Counted from the first letter of the stretch, positions 8,206 through 17,265 are shown. The stretch: 32,173 bases of DNA from Actinomycetota bacterium (GCA_036389535.1 DASVPT010000238.1:1-32173), one strand, 5' to 3'. Notes: generated by a model from the sequence alone, not told the origin. Made by a program: numbers and translations.

Positions 8206-9407
8206 AGACGGTCTTTACGGGCGGCGAGGTGTTCGACCCGCGGAGCGGGGCGACGTCGCGAGGCGATGTCGTCGTGGAGGACGGCCGGATCTCCGAGGTC
8301 GGGACGGGTCTCGACGGCGACCGGGAGATCTCCGTCTCGGGGCGCACCCTGCTGCCGGGGTTCTTCGATTGCCACACGCACCCGCTCTACTCGAACGTCG
8401 ACGTGATGCGAATGCTCCAGACGCCGTTCTCGTACCGCTTCTACGAGGCCGCGCAGAACCTGAAAGCGACGCTGGACATCGGGATCACCACCGTCCGTGA
8501 CGCTGGAGGGTCCGACCTCGGCATCAAGCAGGCGGTCGAGGACGGCCTCATTCCCGGCCCGCGAATGCAGATCTCGATCGTCATGCTGAGCCAGACCGGC
8601 GGTCACGGCGACGAGTGGATGCCCTGCGGGGCATGGGTCCCGTACTTCCACGCGGAGTACCCGGGGGTTCCGCACAACATCGTCGACGGACCGGACGAGA
8701 TGCGCCGGAAGGTCCGCGAGCTCATCCGAAACGGCGCGGACGTGATCAAAGTGGCCACCAGCGGCGGCGTGTTGTCGCCCCGCGACGATCCGCGACATCC
8801 GCACTTCCGGCCCGAAGAGCTCGAGGTTCTGGTCACCGAGGCGTCATCCGCCGGAAGGTGGGTCATGGCGCACGCGCAGAGCGCCGAGGGAATCAAGGCA
8901 GCGGTGCGAGCCGGCATCCGCTCGATCGAGCACGGCATCTTCCTGGACGACGAAGGGATCCAGCTCATGCTGGATCGAGGAACCTACCTGGTCCCCACGC
9001 TGGTCGCTCCGGGGGGCGTCATCCTCGCGGCCGAGCGCGGCGCCCAGATCCCGGAGGCGAGCCTGAAGAAGGCGCGTGAGACCATCGACATCCATCGCGA
9101 GTCCATCGCGAGAGCCATCGCGGCCGGAGTGAAGGTGGCCATGGGAACCGACAGCGGCGTGACCCCGCACGGCGAGAACCTCCGGGAGCTGGAGCTGATG
9201 GCGGACCTCGGAATGTCTCCCGGCCAGGTGCTCACGGCGACGACGCTCACCGCGGCGGAGCTGATGGGCCTCGAGGACGAGCTCGGTTCGCTCGAGCCGG
9301 GCAAGCGAGCGGACATCGTGGTCGTCAACGGCGACCCGTTCGACTTCAAGACGCTCGCCGAAAGGATCGAGGCGGTCTACAAGGACGGCGCCGAGGTGGC
9401 TCGCTAG
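8202..9407 (+). CDS. Metal-dependent amidohydrolase (imidazolonepropionase/prolidase-like superfamily)
   Basis: It has the N-terminal GFFDCHTHP metal-binding motif, plus later AHA.. and GTDSG motifs. The ATG at 8202 lies 10 nt after AGGAGG and overlaps the protease stop (ATGA). Confidence 0.85.
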   Translation: MKTVFTGGEVFDPRSGATSRGDVVVEDGRISEVGTGLDGDREISVSGRTLLPGFFDCHTHPLYSNVDVMRMLQTPFSYRFYEAAQNLKATLDIGITTVRDAGGSDLGIKQAVEDGLIPGPRMQISIVMLSQTGGHGDEWMPCGAWVPYFHAEYPGVPHNIVDGPDEMRRKVRELIRNGADVIKVATSGGVLSPRDDPRHPHFRPEELEVLVTEASSAGRWVMAHAQSAEGIKAAVRAGIRSIEHGIFLDDEGIQLMLDRGTYLVPTLVAPGGVILAAERGAQIPEASLKKARETIDIHRESIARAIAAGVKVAMGTDSGVTPHGENLRELELMADLGMSPGQVLTATTLTAAELMGLEDELGSLEPGKRADIVVVNGDPFDFKTLAERIEAVYKDGAEVAR

Positions 9408-9428
9408 CTTCGCGGTGGAGGACCCGGG

Positions 9429-12400
9429 TCAGGCCGGGTCCGCGACCGACTCTACGAACGCCTTCCCGGCGTCGCAGAACGGGAGGAAATCACACCACCG
9501 GCACTGTCCGCCCGGCGTCGGATCGAACTCCTTCGCCGTGATCCCGCGAAGGACGTTCACCACTCGCTCGCGCGTGTCGCTTGGGTCGCCGGCTGGCCGG
9601 CTGATGTCCTCGCCCGTCGAGAGGTAGAAGTACGTGAGCCTGACGTCCTCGGGCCGCTTCCTCCAAACCTCGGTGCACGCCAGCGCGTACAAATCCAGCT
9701 GAAGCCCGGCCAGGAGGTCATCGGCTCGCGGCGGGGTTCCTGTCTTGTAGTCGACCACCTCCCACGGACCGTCCGGCGTTCCGAAGATGGCGTCGATCCG
9801 ACCGTTCACCACGAAGTCCTCGAGGTACAGCAAGAACGGTCGTTCGGCGAAGAGCGGGGGCGACGTCGCGAACCGGCTTTCGAGAAAGATCTTCTGGAGC
9901 CGCTCCGCCTTTCCGGTCGCCCCGGCCAGCTCTTCGCCCGTGAGGTCGGGAGTCTCGTCCAACTCGAGCAGGGATGCCTGCCCGCTGCTCTTTCGCTCGA
10001 TCCAGGCGTGGACCTGCGTTCCAAGTCGCGCCGCGGGGCCGCTGAACCGCGGCAGCGGCCGCACGCTGGACCAGTAGAACCGCTTCGGACATCGCGCGTA
10101 TTCAATGACGCCCGCCACGGAAACCGCAGCGGGCCGGCCCGGGGTCGGCAAGGGCTCGCCCTCGCGTTCGAGCAGATGCTCGGCGAGCAGCGTGTGTTGT
10201 TTCGCCTCGGTCTCGTATTCGGAGCGGTGTTCGGGAGCCATGGCGTGAACGAGTCTGTCGAGGGACGACGGGTTCGAGGCTACATCCAGGGCCGCTCGGC
10301 GCCACCCGGTCGTGAAGAGCTCGTCCGCCTCATCTCGGAGTGCGCGTCCCGGCCAGTCCCGAACAAAGCGTTCGCGATATCCGACCAGCGGATTGTCCTC
10401 GGAGACCTCGGGCCCGCGATCCACGCTCGCCGCACCGGTGGATTCCCCCCAGGACGCGAGCTCGTCGAAGAAGAGGCTGGACTGCTTGGCGTTCTCCCCT
10501 TCGCCGTACCAGTGGGCGGCGGTGACGAACAACCGTTTGCGAGCCCTGGTGAGCGCCACGTAGCACGTGCGCCGCTCCTCGATGACCTCCTGGTCTCGAA
10601 GCGCGAACCAGAACCCCTTGATGTTCTTCTTGAAGTTCGCCATGTTCGGGAGGATCGCCGCGTCACCCCGCAGCTCGAAGTCGAGCGAGTAGCCGCGCTC
10701 GGCGGGGTTCTGCTGAACCTGCATGTCAGGGAGGAGGTCTTTCGCCAGGCCCGGGACGAACACGTTGTCGAACTCGAGCCCCTTCGCCTGGTGGACGGTC
10801 ATCACCTTGACGCTGTCTTCCTCGCTCGGCTGGACCGGTGACCACTCGGGCCGATCCGCCTCCTCCACGGCACGGACGTAGTCGAGAAACGCCCGCAACG
10901 TCAGCTCGCCCTCGAGGGGCGCGAACGCATGGACCTCGTCCAGGAACGCAGCCAGGTTTCGCTTGGTGGCCATGGCGACCTGTTGATCGGGGCTGGCGTC
11001 GAGCTCAGCCAGGAGACCGGTCCTGCGGATGATCTCCGCGAGGAACTCCCCGACCGGACGCCCGGCCTCCTGCCGAAGCATCGCCAGCTCGTTCCCGAAT
11101 TCCTCCAGTCGGGCCTTTCCCTCCTCCGACAGACCGGTGACGTCGCCGAGATGCTCGAGCGCCTCGGCGAAGAGAAACGGCGCCGGCTCGTCCCGGTCCT
11201 CGCCCCGAAGTCCGTAGTTCTTGTCCTTGGCCCACGCCGCCACCCTCGCCAGGTCCTTGAACCCGACGCGATAACGCGGTCCCAGCAGGATCCGAGCGAG
11301 GCTCACGCTGGCCCGTGGATCTGCGACCGCTCGGGCGTACGCGAGGACCTCCACGACTTCGGGCAGCTTGATGAGCCCAGCGAGACCGACGATCTCAACC
11401 GGGATCTTTCGTTCCGCGAAGGCCTCCTGCAGGGGAACGAACAGCCGGCTCTTGCGGCACAGCACGGCAAAGCTCGACCACGCGTTTTGCCCCGCGTCCT
11501 CGTCGTGGAGCGCCAGAATCCGATCGGCGATCCAACATGCCTCTCGCCACTCGTCCAGAACCCGAACCAGCTCAACCTCGCCCTGTCCATTCGGCGCCCA
11601 CGGCTCGAGCTGTTTTTCAGGATCGGGCCGTTGCTGCTCCGGGATCGGCTGAATGATCTGGTCGGCCGCGGCGAGTATTCGAGCTCCGGATCGGAAATTC
11701 GTGTACAGCGGCAACCGCTCCGCCGGATCGCCGTTAGCCTTGCGGAACTGGTTCCGAAATTCGAGAAGGTTGAACAGGCTGGCGCCGCGCCACCCATAGA
11801 TGCTCTGGTCGGGATCTCCAACCGCGGTGACGGGGAACCCGCCGCCAAAGACCCCGTGAATGAGCCTGGCCTGCGCGACGTTTGTGTCCTGGTACTCGTC
11901 GAGGATCAACGTGTGAAACCGGGAGCGGTATTGCGCGGCGATCTCCGGGAACCGCTCCACGACATCCAGGGCGAGCGTGATCTGGTCGCCGAAGTCGATG
12001 AGTCCGAGCTCCCGTTTGAGCGCCTGAAAGCGTTGGACGGCCCGGGCCAGCTCGATTCGCTCCAGGCCCGCCACGTACGCCTTCTCGCTTCGAAATTCTT
12101 CGAGCTCTTCGAGCCGCGCGTTGACGAAGTCGATGATCTCCTGCGGTTGGCGCCGGTGGTTCGCGGCCTGGTCGGCCAAATTGAGGATCTTGTCGATCAG
12201 CGTGGGCTGCCATTCCGCGTTGACGTGTTCGAACGACATCTCATCGAGGACCCGGGCGCAGAGCTCCCTCCGTTGCGCCTGCGTGAGGATCCTCTGGTCG
12301 TGCTCCACACCGGCGAGGAGCCCGTGTCGCTCGAGGACCTGCGCGGCGAAGCCGTGATAGTTGAGAACCGTTGGCTCCTCCCCCTCGGGCAAATCCAGTG

Positions 12401-12740
12401 AGAGAAGCGCCTCGCGGATCATCAGCATCAGCCGCTCGGTGGCCTTGTTGGTGAACGTCAGGCAAAGGACGTTCCCGGGGAGGATGCCCGGGTGGGTGGC
12501 CGTGATCCGGCCCTGCGCGACCAGCGCGAGATAGACCACGCGGGCCGCCATGACGGAGGTCTTTCCCGAACCCGCCCCGGCCACCACGACGTACGGTTCG
12601 AGCGGCATGGAGATGGCCTTCCACTGCTCGGGCGTGGGATCGGCCCGCATGATCTCCCGGATCTCGCGTGGAATCTCTTCCGAGGAGCTCGGGTGCAGGT
12701 TCGGCCCTTCCGTCGCCGCCCTCACCGCGCGCCCTCCCAC
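9429..12740 (-). CDS. adnB: UvrD/Rep-type helicase fused to a RecB-family nuclease, AdnB-like subunit
   Basis: Walker A is AGAGSGKT and the UvrD helicase motifs are present (DEYQDTN, TVHQAKGLEFD). The C-terminal PD-(D/E)xK module reads GRIDAIF...VVDYKTG. A Cys set is also present (CPKRFYW ... CRWCDFLPFC). It is the second gene of a pair, as in actinobacterial adnAB. The start could instead be the ATG at 12650. Confidence 0.85.
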   Translation of the reverse strand: MGGRAVRAATEGPNLHPSSSEEIPREIREIMRADPTPEQWKAISMPLEPYVVVAGAGSGKTSVMAARVVYLALVAQGRITATHPGILPGNVLCLTFTNKATERLMLMIREALLSLDLPEGEEPTVLNYHGFAAQVLERHGLLAGVEHDQRILTQAQRRELCARVLDEMSFEHVNAEWQPTLIDKILNLADQAANHRRQPQEIIDFVNARLEELEEFRSEKAYVAGLERIELARAVQRFQALKRELGLIDFGDQITLALDVVERFPEIAAQYRSRFHTLILDEYQDTNVAQARLIHGVFGGGFPVTAVGDPDQSIYGWRGASLFNLLEFRNQFRKANGDPAERLPLYTNFRSGARILAAADQIIQPIPEQQRPDPEKQLEPWAPNGQGEVELVRVLDEWREACWIADRILALHDEDAGQNAWSSFAVLCRKSRLFVPLQEAFAERKIPVEIVGLAGLIKLPEVVEVLAYARAVADPRASVSLARILLGPRYRVGFKDLARVAAWAKDKNYGLRGEDRDEPAPFLFAEALEHLGDVTGLSEEGKARLEEFGNELAMLRQEAGRPVGEFLAEIIRRTGLLAELDASPDQQVAMATKRNLAAFLDEVHAFAPLEGELTLRAFLDYVRAVEEADRPEWSPVQPSEEDSVKVMTVHQAKGLEFDNVFVPGLAKDLLPDMQVQQNPAERGYSLDFELRGDAAILPNMANFKKNIKGFWFALRDQEVIEERRTCYVALTRARKRLFVTAAHWYGEGENAKQSSLFFDELASWGESTGAASVDRGPEVSEDNPLVGYRERFVRDWPGRALRDEADELFTTGWRRAALDVASNPSSLDRLVHAMAPEHRSEYETEAKQHTLLAEHLLEREGEPLPTPGRPAAVSVAGVIEYARCPKRFYWSSVRPLPRFSGPAARLGTQVHAWIERKSSGQASLLELDETPDLTGEELAGATGKAERLQKIFLESRFATSPPLFAERPFLLYLEDFVVNGRIDAIFGTPDGPWEVVDYKTGTPPRADDLLAGLQLDLYALACTEVWRKRPEDVRLTYFYLSTGEDISRPAGDPSDTRERVVNVLRGITAKEFDPTPGGQCRWCDFLPFCDAGKAFVESVADPA

Positions 12741-15589
12741 GCGAAGGCTTCCCTTCCCTCGGGCCAGAGAGGACAGAGCGGCTTGAAGTCGCAGAGGCGA
12801 CAGTTCGCTCCGGGGTTCGGGCGGTAGTTCTCGGTCGCCAGCAACTCCTTGACCCGAGCGATGAGCGCGCTCAGCCGCTCAGAGACCTTGGCTTCGTAGT
12901 CCTCCTGCGCGTGCGAATTGAGGCCCATGTGCGCGCGATGGACGGTTCCGTCCTTTCGGTCCTTGAGGAACGCGAGCTCAACCGCCTTCACCGGAAGGAA
13001 CTCGGCGAGCTCCGGGGCGCGGTGGACGGCCAGGTAGTAGATGCCCAGCTGAAGACTCTCTTCCGGCTTCGCTCCCCGTGCCTTCCCAGTCTTGTAGTCG
13101 GTGATCTGGCTTCCGCCGGTCTTCACCTCGCCGACACGGTCGATGTACCCGGTGACCGTGGCGTCGTCGTACTCGAAGGAAAAATGGATCTCGCGGGCCA
13201 GCGACGGTGTGGCGCCGTAGGTCTCGAGCCATGCCGGCAGCATCCGCTCGGTGACCGTTCGTCGAAACGCCTCGGAGATGGCGTAGGACGGGAACTGACT
13301 CGGTTGCCAGCGGCGCTCGGCTTCGGCGACCAACGCGTCACGTTCCCTCGCGATCTCGCCCGCTTCACATTTCTCGATCAGCCCGTGAACGAGGCTCCCG
13401 ACCCATGCGTGATACCCCGCTTCCTCCTCAAGGCCGAGCTCTTCGGCCAGCACGTATTGCAGGGCGCAGTTCTCCAATTTGTCGAGCTTCGAAAACGACG
13501 TGCGGATGCCATGGTGGAGCGGTTCGGCGGTCTGCGTCCAGTCCCGCTGGAACCACCACCGCGACGGATCGTCGCCCGCGGCCACCAGCCCTGCCAGCGC
13601 CGCAACGCGGCGTGAAGCGTTTTGCGAACGATCGGCCAGACGGCGGCGCCACAGTGCCTTCGCCTCGGCGAGCGTCACCGGATCCTGGTCCGTGGAACCG
13701 GGACCTTGCTCCCATGGCACACCGAGCTCGGCAACGAACCGCGACCGAGCGCCCGCCTTCGGCTGCTCGCCGAGGGGTTCGCTCGCCGTGAACACGACGC
13801 GTCGCCGAGCTCGCGTTGCCGCCACGGTGAACAACCGTCGCTCGTCCTCTAGGCGCAGGCGATTCCGCTCGGCCTGCGGAAGCTGACGTTCGAGCACCGC
13901 TAAATCGAACATCGGCTCCGGACGGGAGAGGCTCGGGAAATTGCCCTCGAGCGCGCCGGTCACGACGACGGAGTCGAACTCCAAACCGGCGCTTCCATGC
14001 GCCGTGAGAACGCTGACGACGCCCTCCTCACCGGCCACGTTGATCTCCGGCCCGTCCTGCCCGGCTTCGAGCGCCTCGAGGAACGCGGCCACGGAGGCGT
14101 CTCCTCGTTCGCTCGCTCGCGTCACGGCGGCGACGAAGGCATTCACCGCGTCGAGGTCACGCCAACGCTTGGGTGACCGTTCAGCGTCGTCCACGAGCCG
14201 CTTGGCGTACGGCAACTCCTTCCAGAGGATCGAGAACGCGTCCAGAACCGACGATCCGCTGACGTCGCTCGCCTCGCGAAGAGCCCGGCTGAGCTTGCCG
14301 ACGCCCTCCACTTCCTGGTCCGACATGACGGTCGTGGTGTACGGAAGCTCCAGCGCCGCGGCGGGCGGAGCGCCGGCCGCGGTCGCTGCCCGAACGAGAC
14401 CCCGGGCGATGGCCGGCGAAAGCCTCAGGAGATCGGAGGTGAGCAAGGCCTCGACCAGACCGTCCCTGCTCTCCGGGTACGCCGCCCACCGCAATGCCAG
14501 GGTGAAGGGGTAGACGGCCGGCTCTGAGAGCAACGACACTCCGCCCTGGGCCGTCGACCTCGGCACCCCGGCATCGTCGAGAGCACGCAGGAGTCCGCCG
14601 ACGTGGCTGCCATGTCGTCGAACGATCACCGCAAGCGCTCCCCACGGAACCCCGTCTTCCACATGGATCCTGCGAAGCTCTCGGGCGAGCCCGACTTGTT
14701 CTTCCGACGTGTGCGAGGAGAAACGGGCGACCATGGCGGGCGCCGCCGATCGATGCGGAGTCCGGAGCTCAATCTCATCGACGGCACCGAAGCGCTCGCG
14801 AAACCGGCGGAGCGGCGCGTCGGTGGTTCCCTGGAACGAGAAGATGTGGGACCCCGCGTCTCCTCCCACCACGAGCGTTGTCGGCGCGAGCGTGGCCAGA
14901 AGCCGCTCCTCCGCAAAGGTCGCCTCTTGAAAGTCGTCAACAAGGACGTGGTCGAAGAGCGGCTCTCCCGACGACGCCGCCGTCTGGACGACCAGACCGG
15001 CGTAGTCAACCGTTCCCTCCGCGGCGAGCACGTCGAGATAGCGCCGGTAAAAGCTGGCCACCTCCGCCCAGCCCACCCTCGCATCGGGTCCCGCTTTCGC
15101 CGCGACATCCTCTGGCTGGATCAGCGCCTCTTGCGCCCGCAGCACGAACTGCCGGATTTCGTCCGCGAACCCCCGCAGCCGCAGCATCTTTCCGTAGGTC
15201 GGCCAATCCCCTTCGTCTTCCGCGGTGAGAAGGTCGCGGACCTTCCCGAACTGATCCAGGGCGGTGAGGATGTTCGGTGGCTGCTCGTATTCGAGCGATC
15301 GAAAGCGATGACTCATCACCCGGTACGCCAGTGCGTGGACGGTCAGGACATGAAGCGTTGGAAGAGCCCGCCTGAGCCTTCGTGAAATGGCATCGCGCGC
15401 GGTTTTCCGGGCGTCCTTGCTCCGAACCACCAGCACGACGCGCTCAGGATCGGCGCCGCTCTCGATCAGATGGACGAGTCGCTCACGAAGGATCGTCGTC
15501 TTGCCCGTCCCGGGGCCGCCCGTGACGAGCAGGCTTCCGTGGTCGTGCCGGAGCACGCGCGACTGTTCGGGATCCGGTTCGAACGCCAT
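12722..15589 (-). CDS. adnA: UvrD/Rep-type helicase fused to a RecB-family nuclease, AdnA-like subunit
   Basis: Walker A is GGPGTGKTT and a helicase motif VLTAHGSAGLEFD is present. The C-terminal nuclease reads GYIDRV...ITDYKTGK, with Cys residues NCALQYV ... CRLCDFKPLC. It overlaps the downstream partner by 19 nt. Confidence 0.85.
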   Translation of the reverse strand: MAFEPDPEQSRVLRHDHGSLLVTGGPGTGKTTILRERLVHLIESGADPERVVLVVRSKDARKTARDAISRRLRRALPTLHVLTVHALAYRVMSHRFRSLEYEQPPNILTALDQFGKVRDLLTAEDEGDWPTYGKMLRLRGFADEIRQFVLRAQEALIQPEDVAAKAGPDARVGWAEVASFYRRYLDVLAAEGTVDYAGLVVQTAASSGEPLFDHVLVDDFQEATFAEERLLATLAPTTLVVGGDAGSHIFSFQGTTDAPLRRFRERFGAVDEIELRTPHRSAAPAMVARFSSHTSEEQVGLARELRRIHVEDGVPWGALAVIVRRHGSHVGGLLRALDDAGVPRSTAQGGVSLLSEPAVYPFTLALRWAAYPESRDGLVEALLTSDLLRLSPAIARGLVRAATAAGAPPAAALELPYTTTVMSDQEVEGVGKLSRALREASDVSGSSVLDAFSILWKELPYAKRLVDDAERSPKRWRDLDAVNAFVAAVTRASERGDASVAAFLEALEAGQDGPEINVAGEEGVVSVLTAHGSAGLEFDSVVVTGALEGNFPSLSRPEPMFDLAVLERQLPQAERNRLRLEDERRLFTVAATRARRRVVFTASEPLGEQPKAGARSRFVAELGVPWEQGPGSTDQDPVTLAEAKALWRRRLADRSQNASRRVAALAGLVAAGDDPSRWWFQRDWTQTAEPLHHGIRTSFSKLDKLENCALQYVLAEELGLEEEAGYHAWVGSLVHGLIEKCEAGEIARERDALVAEAERRWQPSQFPSYAISEAFRRTVTERMLPAWLETYGATPSLAREIHFSFEYDDATVTGYIDRVGEVKTGGSQITDYKTGKARGAKPEESLQLGIYYLAVHRAPELAEFLPVKAVELAFLKDRKDGTVHRAHMGLNSHAQEDYEAKVSERLSALIARVKELLATENYRPNPGANCRLCDFKPLCPLWPEGREAFAWEGAR

Positions 15590-15595
15590 GCGCGC

Positions 15596-15617
15596 ATGCT
15601 AACCCCGGGCGCCGACA
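15596..15617 (-). promoter_or_regulatory. RecA-NDp (PafBC-type) DNA-damage promoter motif upstream of the adnA-like gene, implying a leaderless transcript
   Basis: The minus strand reads TGTCGGCG-CCCGGGGT-TAGCAT-GCGCGC-ATG. That is one mismatch to the mycobacterial consensus tTGTCRgtg-N8-TAnnnT. The -10 hexamer ends 6 nt before the start codon. Confidence 0.5.
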
Positions 15618-15672
15618 CCCCTTGACCTGCAGTTTGACGAGCGGTTCGGCCGGCTGAGCGGCAAGCCGGGGG

Positions 15673-16167
15673 CTAAGAGGTGGGGTCTCGCTGACCGGCC
15701 GCGGACGGGGGTGCCCCGGGCTCGGCGGCTTCGGTCCCCGGCGCGGACGGCCCGTGCGTGCCCTCCGGACGCTCCTCGCCGGCCTCCGCATCTTCGGGCC
15801 GAGCTGCCACTCCCCTCAGCTCCTTCCGCTCCACGGACTCGCTGAACGGTCGGTACGCCCCGGCGGGGTCCCAACCCATGACATCCTGTCCTTCGGGAAC
15901 GAAGCGCACCTGGAATCCTTCCTCCGCTCCCCGAACCTGTGCCGCGGAGCGAAACCAAAGCAAGGTGCCGGGCTGGAGCACGACCGGTCCGGAGGTCCCC
16001 GGCGAGCGAAAGGCCGGGTCGTCCACCATCAGGGGAATGGGCCGGAAGATACGCCGGAACGCCTCGTTCTGGTCGCCGCCGGGCCCCAGCTTCACGCCGC
16101 CGCGCCCCCACGTCGCCGACGCCACGACGCTTTTCGAATCCGCTTCTCGGTAGAACTCGGCGCGCAT
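15673..16167 (-). CDS. Hypothetical protein with a Pro/Glu/Ala-rich C-terminal tail
   Basis: It is a 164-aa ORF with very high third-position GC in this frame (hand check about 85%). The competing frames translate to Arg/Gly/Pro junk. I recognised no domain. Confidence 0.5.
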   Translation of the reverse strand: MRAEFYREADSKSVVASATWGRGGVKLGPGGDQNEAFRRIFRPIPLMVDDPAFRSPGTSGPVVLQPGTLLWFRSAAQVRGAEEGFQVRFVPEGQDVMGWDPAGAYRPFSESVERKELRGVAARPEDAEAGEERPEGTHGPSAPGTEAAEPGAPPSAAGQRDPTS

Positions 16168-16195
16168 GCCTCGAAATGATCCGCTGGGAGACGGC

Positions 16196-17152
16196 CTACG
16201 ACTCGGTTCCCACTTCGGGTGCGCCGAATCCGGACCAGACGAACGCCGCGACCAGAGTATGGATCGACATCTCGTGGTCGTATTCGGTGAGGCGGTTCAT
16301 GAGCTCGAGCCGGTCGTCCTCGTTGAACCCGCGCGCCTTCAGAGCCGTCCACTGAAGTTCGATTGGGTGCGGAAGGGCGGCGATGCCGGCCAGGACGGCT
16401 CGGCGAAGCTTCACGGTGCCGGCGTTCCAGACCTGCATCCGCGTGATTCTCCTCAGCTCATTCCAGACCGAGGACAAGCCTGCGGGTCGGGATCCGAGGA
16501 GACGGAGGGCCGCCGGTGCAGAGAGAACGCCGAGAGAACGCTCGATCTCGTCCAGCGTGGCGAGCGCGCCATCGGGCATCGGCTGATCCGCCATCCAGGC
16601 CTGCCAATCCGGCACGCCTCGGCGAATCGGTGGCTCTTCACCGCCCGTTCCGGATATGCGGTCGCCGCGAACGGCACGATAGAGCGCATGGACGACGATC
16701 TGGCTCTTCGCGGAAACCAGGTGAGCGGCTCGCGCGGCCTCTTCGGCTCGTTTCAGTTCGGTTTCCGAAAGCTCCCGTTCGAGGCGCTTGCGGAGATCCG
16801 GCACGTCCCCAGCAGCCCGAACGGCGTCGACCGCCTCCGCTCTCAACCCTCGCGCAAGTGTCAGAAACGTCCTGCCGACGTTGGGACGAATCGCGGACCA
16901 GGCCGACATGAAGAAGGCGGGGAACTCCGCGGCGGCCTCCAGGGCGGGTTCGACCCACGCCGAGCGCAGCGTCTGCCGAACGTCCTCGCGCACGGCGGAC
17001 AGAAGGAGTGCTGGATCGGGCCCGGGAATCGAAGCCCCGTTGCCGTTGCTCTTGGCGGTTTCGACCCCGCCGACGTGCCGGCGTGAACTAATCACTCTGG
17101 TTCCCCGGGCGAATAGTGGGCGAAAGAGCCGGATAAGGCCCTCGGCAATCAT
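16196..17152 (-). CDS. Hypothetical protein, possibly DehI-family (halocarboxylic acid dehydrogenase DehI-like pseudo-dimer fold)
   Basis: It is a 318-aa helical-looking ORF. VREDVRQTLRSAWVEPALEAAAEFPAFFMSAWSAIRP resembles my recollection of the DehI N-terminal motif (EDIRxTLRVPWV...FPxYLxxAW). A weaker second copy is LDEIERSLGVLSAPAALRLLGSRPAGLSSVW. The family assignment is from memory only. Confidence 0.55.
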   Translation of the reverse strand: MIAEGLIRLFRPLFARGTRVISSRRHVGGVETAKSNGNGASIPGPDPALLLSAVREDVRQTLRSAWVEPALEAAAEFPAFFMSAWSAIRPNVGRTFLTLARGLRAEAVDAVRAAGDVPDLRKRLERELSETELKRAEEAARAAHLVSAKSQIVVHALYRAVRGDRISGTGGEEPPIRRGVPDWQAWMADQPMPDGALATLDEIERSLGVLSAPAALRLLGSRPAGLSSVWNELRRITRMQVWNAGTVKLRRAVLAGIAALPHPIELQWTALKARGFNEDDRLELMNRLTEYDHEMSIHTLVAAFVWSGFGAPEVGTES

Positions 17153-17221
17153 GGAGGGTAGCAGCGCAAAACGCCAGCCTCTACGTCCGTTTGACCCATT
17201 CGGTCTCGGACCAAGAACCCA

Positions 17222-17243
17222 TGTCGGTGGGGGTCGCTAAACT
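17222..17243 (+). promoter_or_regulatory. Perfect RecA-NDp (PafBC-type) promoter motif upstream of the Crp/Fnr-family regulator gene
   Basis: The sequence is TGTCGGTG-GGGGTCGC-TAAACT, an exact match to TGTCRGTG-N8-TANNNT. GAGGGAGG (17253-17260) and the ATG at 17266 follow downstream. Confidence 0.55.
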
Positions 17244-17265
17244 CGGGTCGACGAGGGAGGCGGCC

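Noticed and set aside
15577-15584. GTTCGAAC palindrome at the 5' end of the adnA-like gene, considered as a possible LexA (SOS) box.
   Set aside because: The actinobacterial SOS box is TCGAAC-N4-GTTCGA. Here TCGAAC is followed after 4 nt by TCCCGA, with three mismatches in the second half-site, and the site lies inside the coding sequence.
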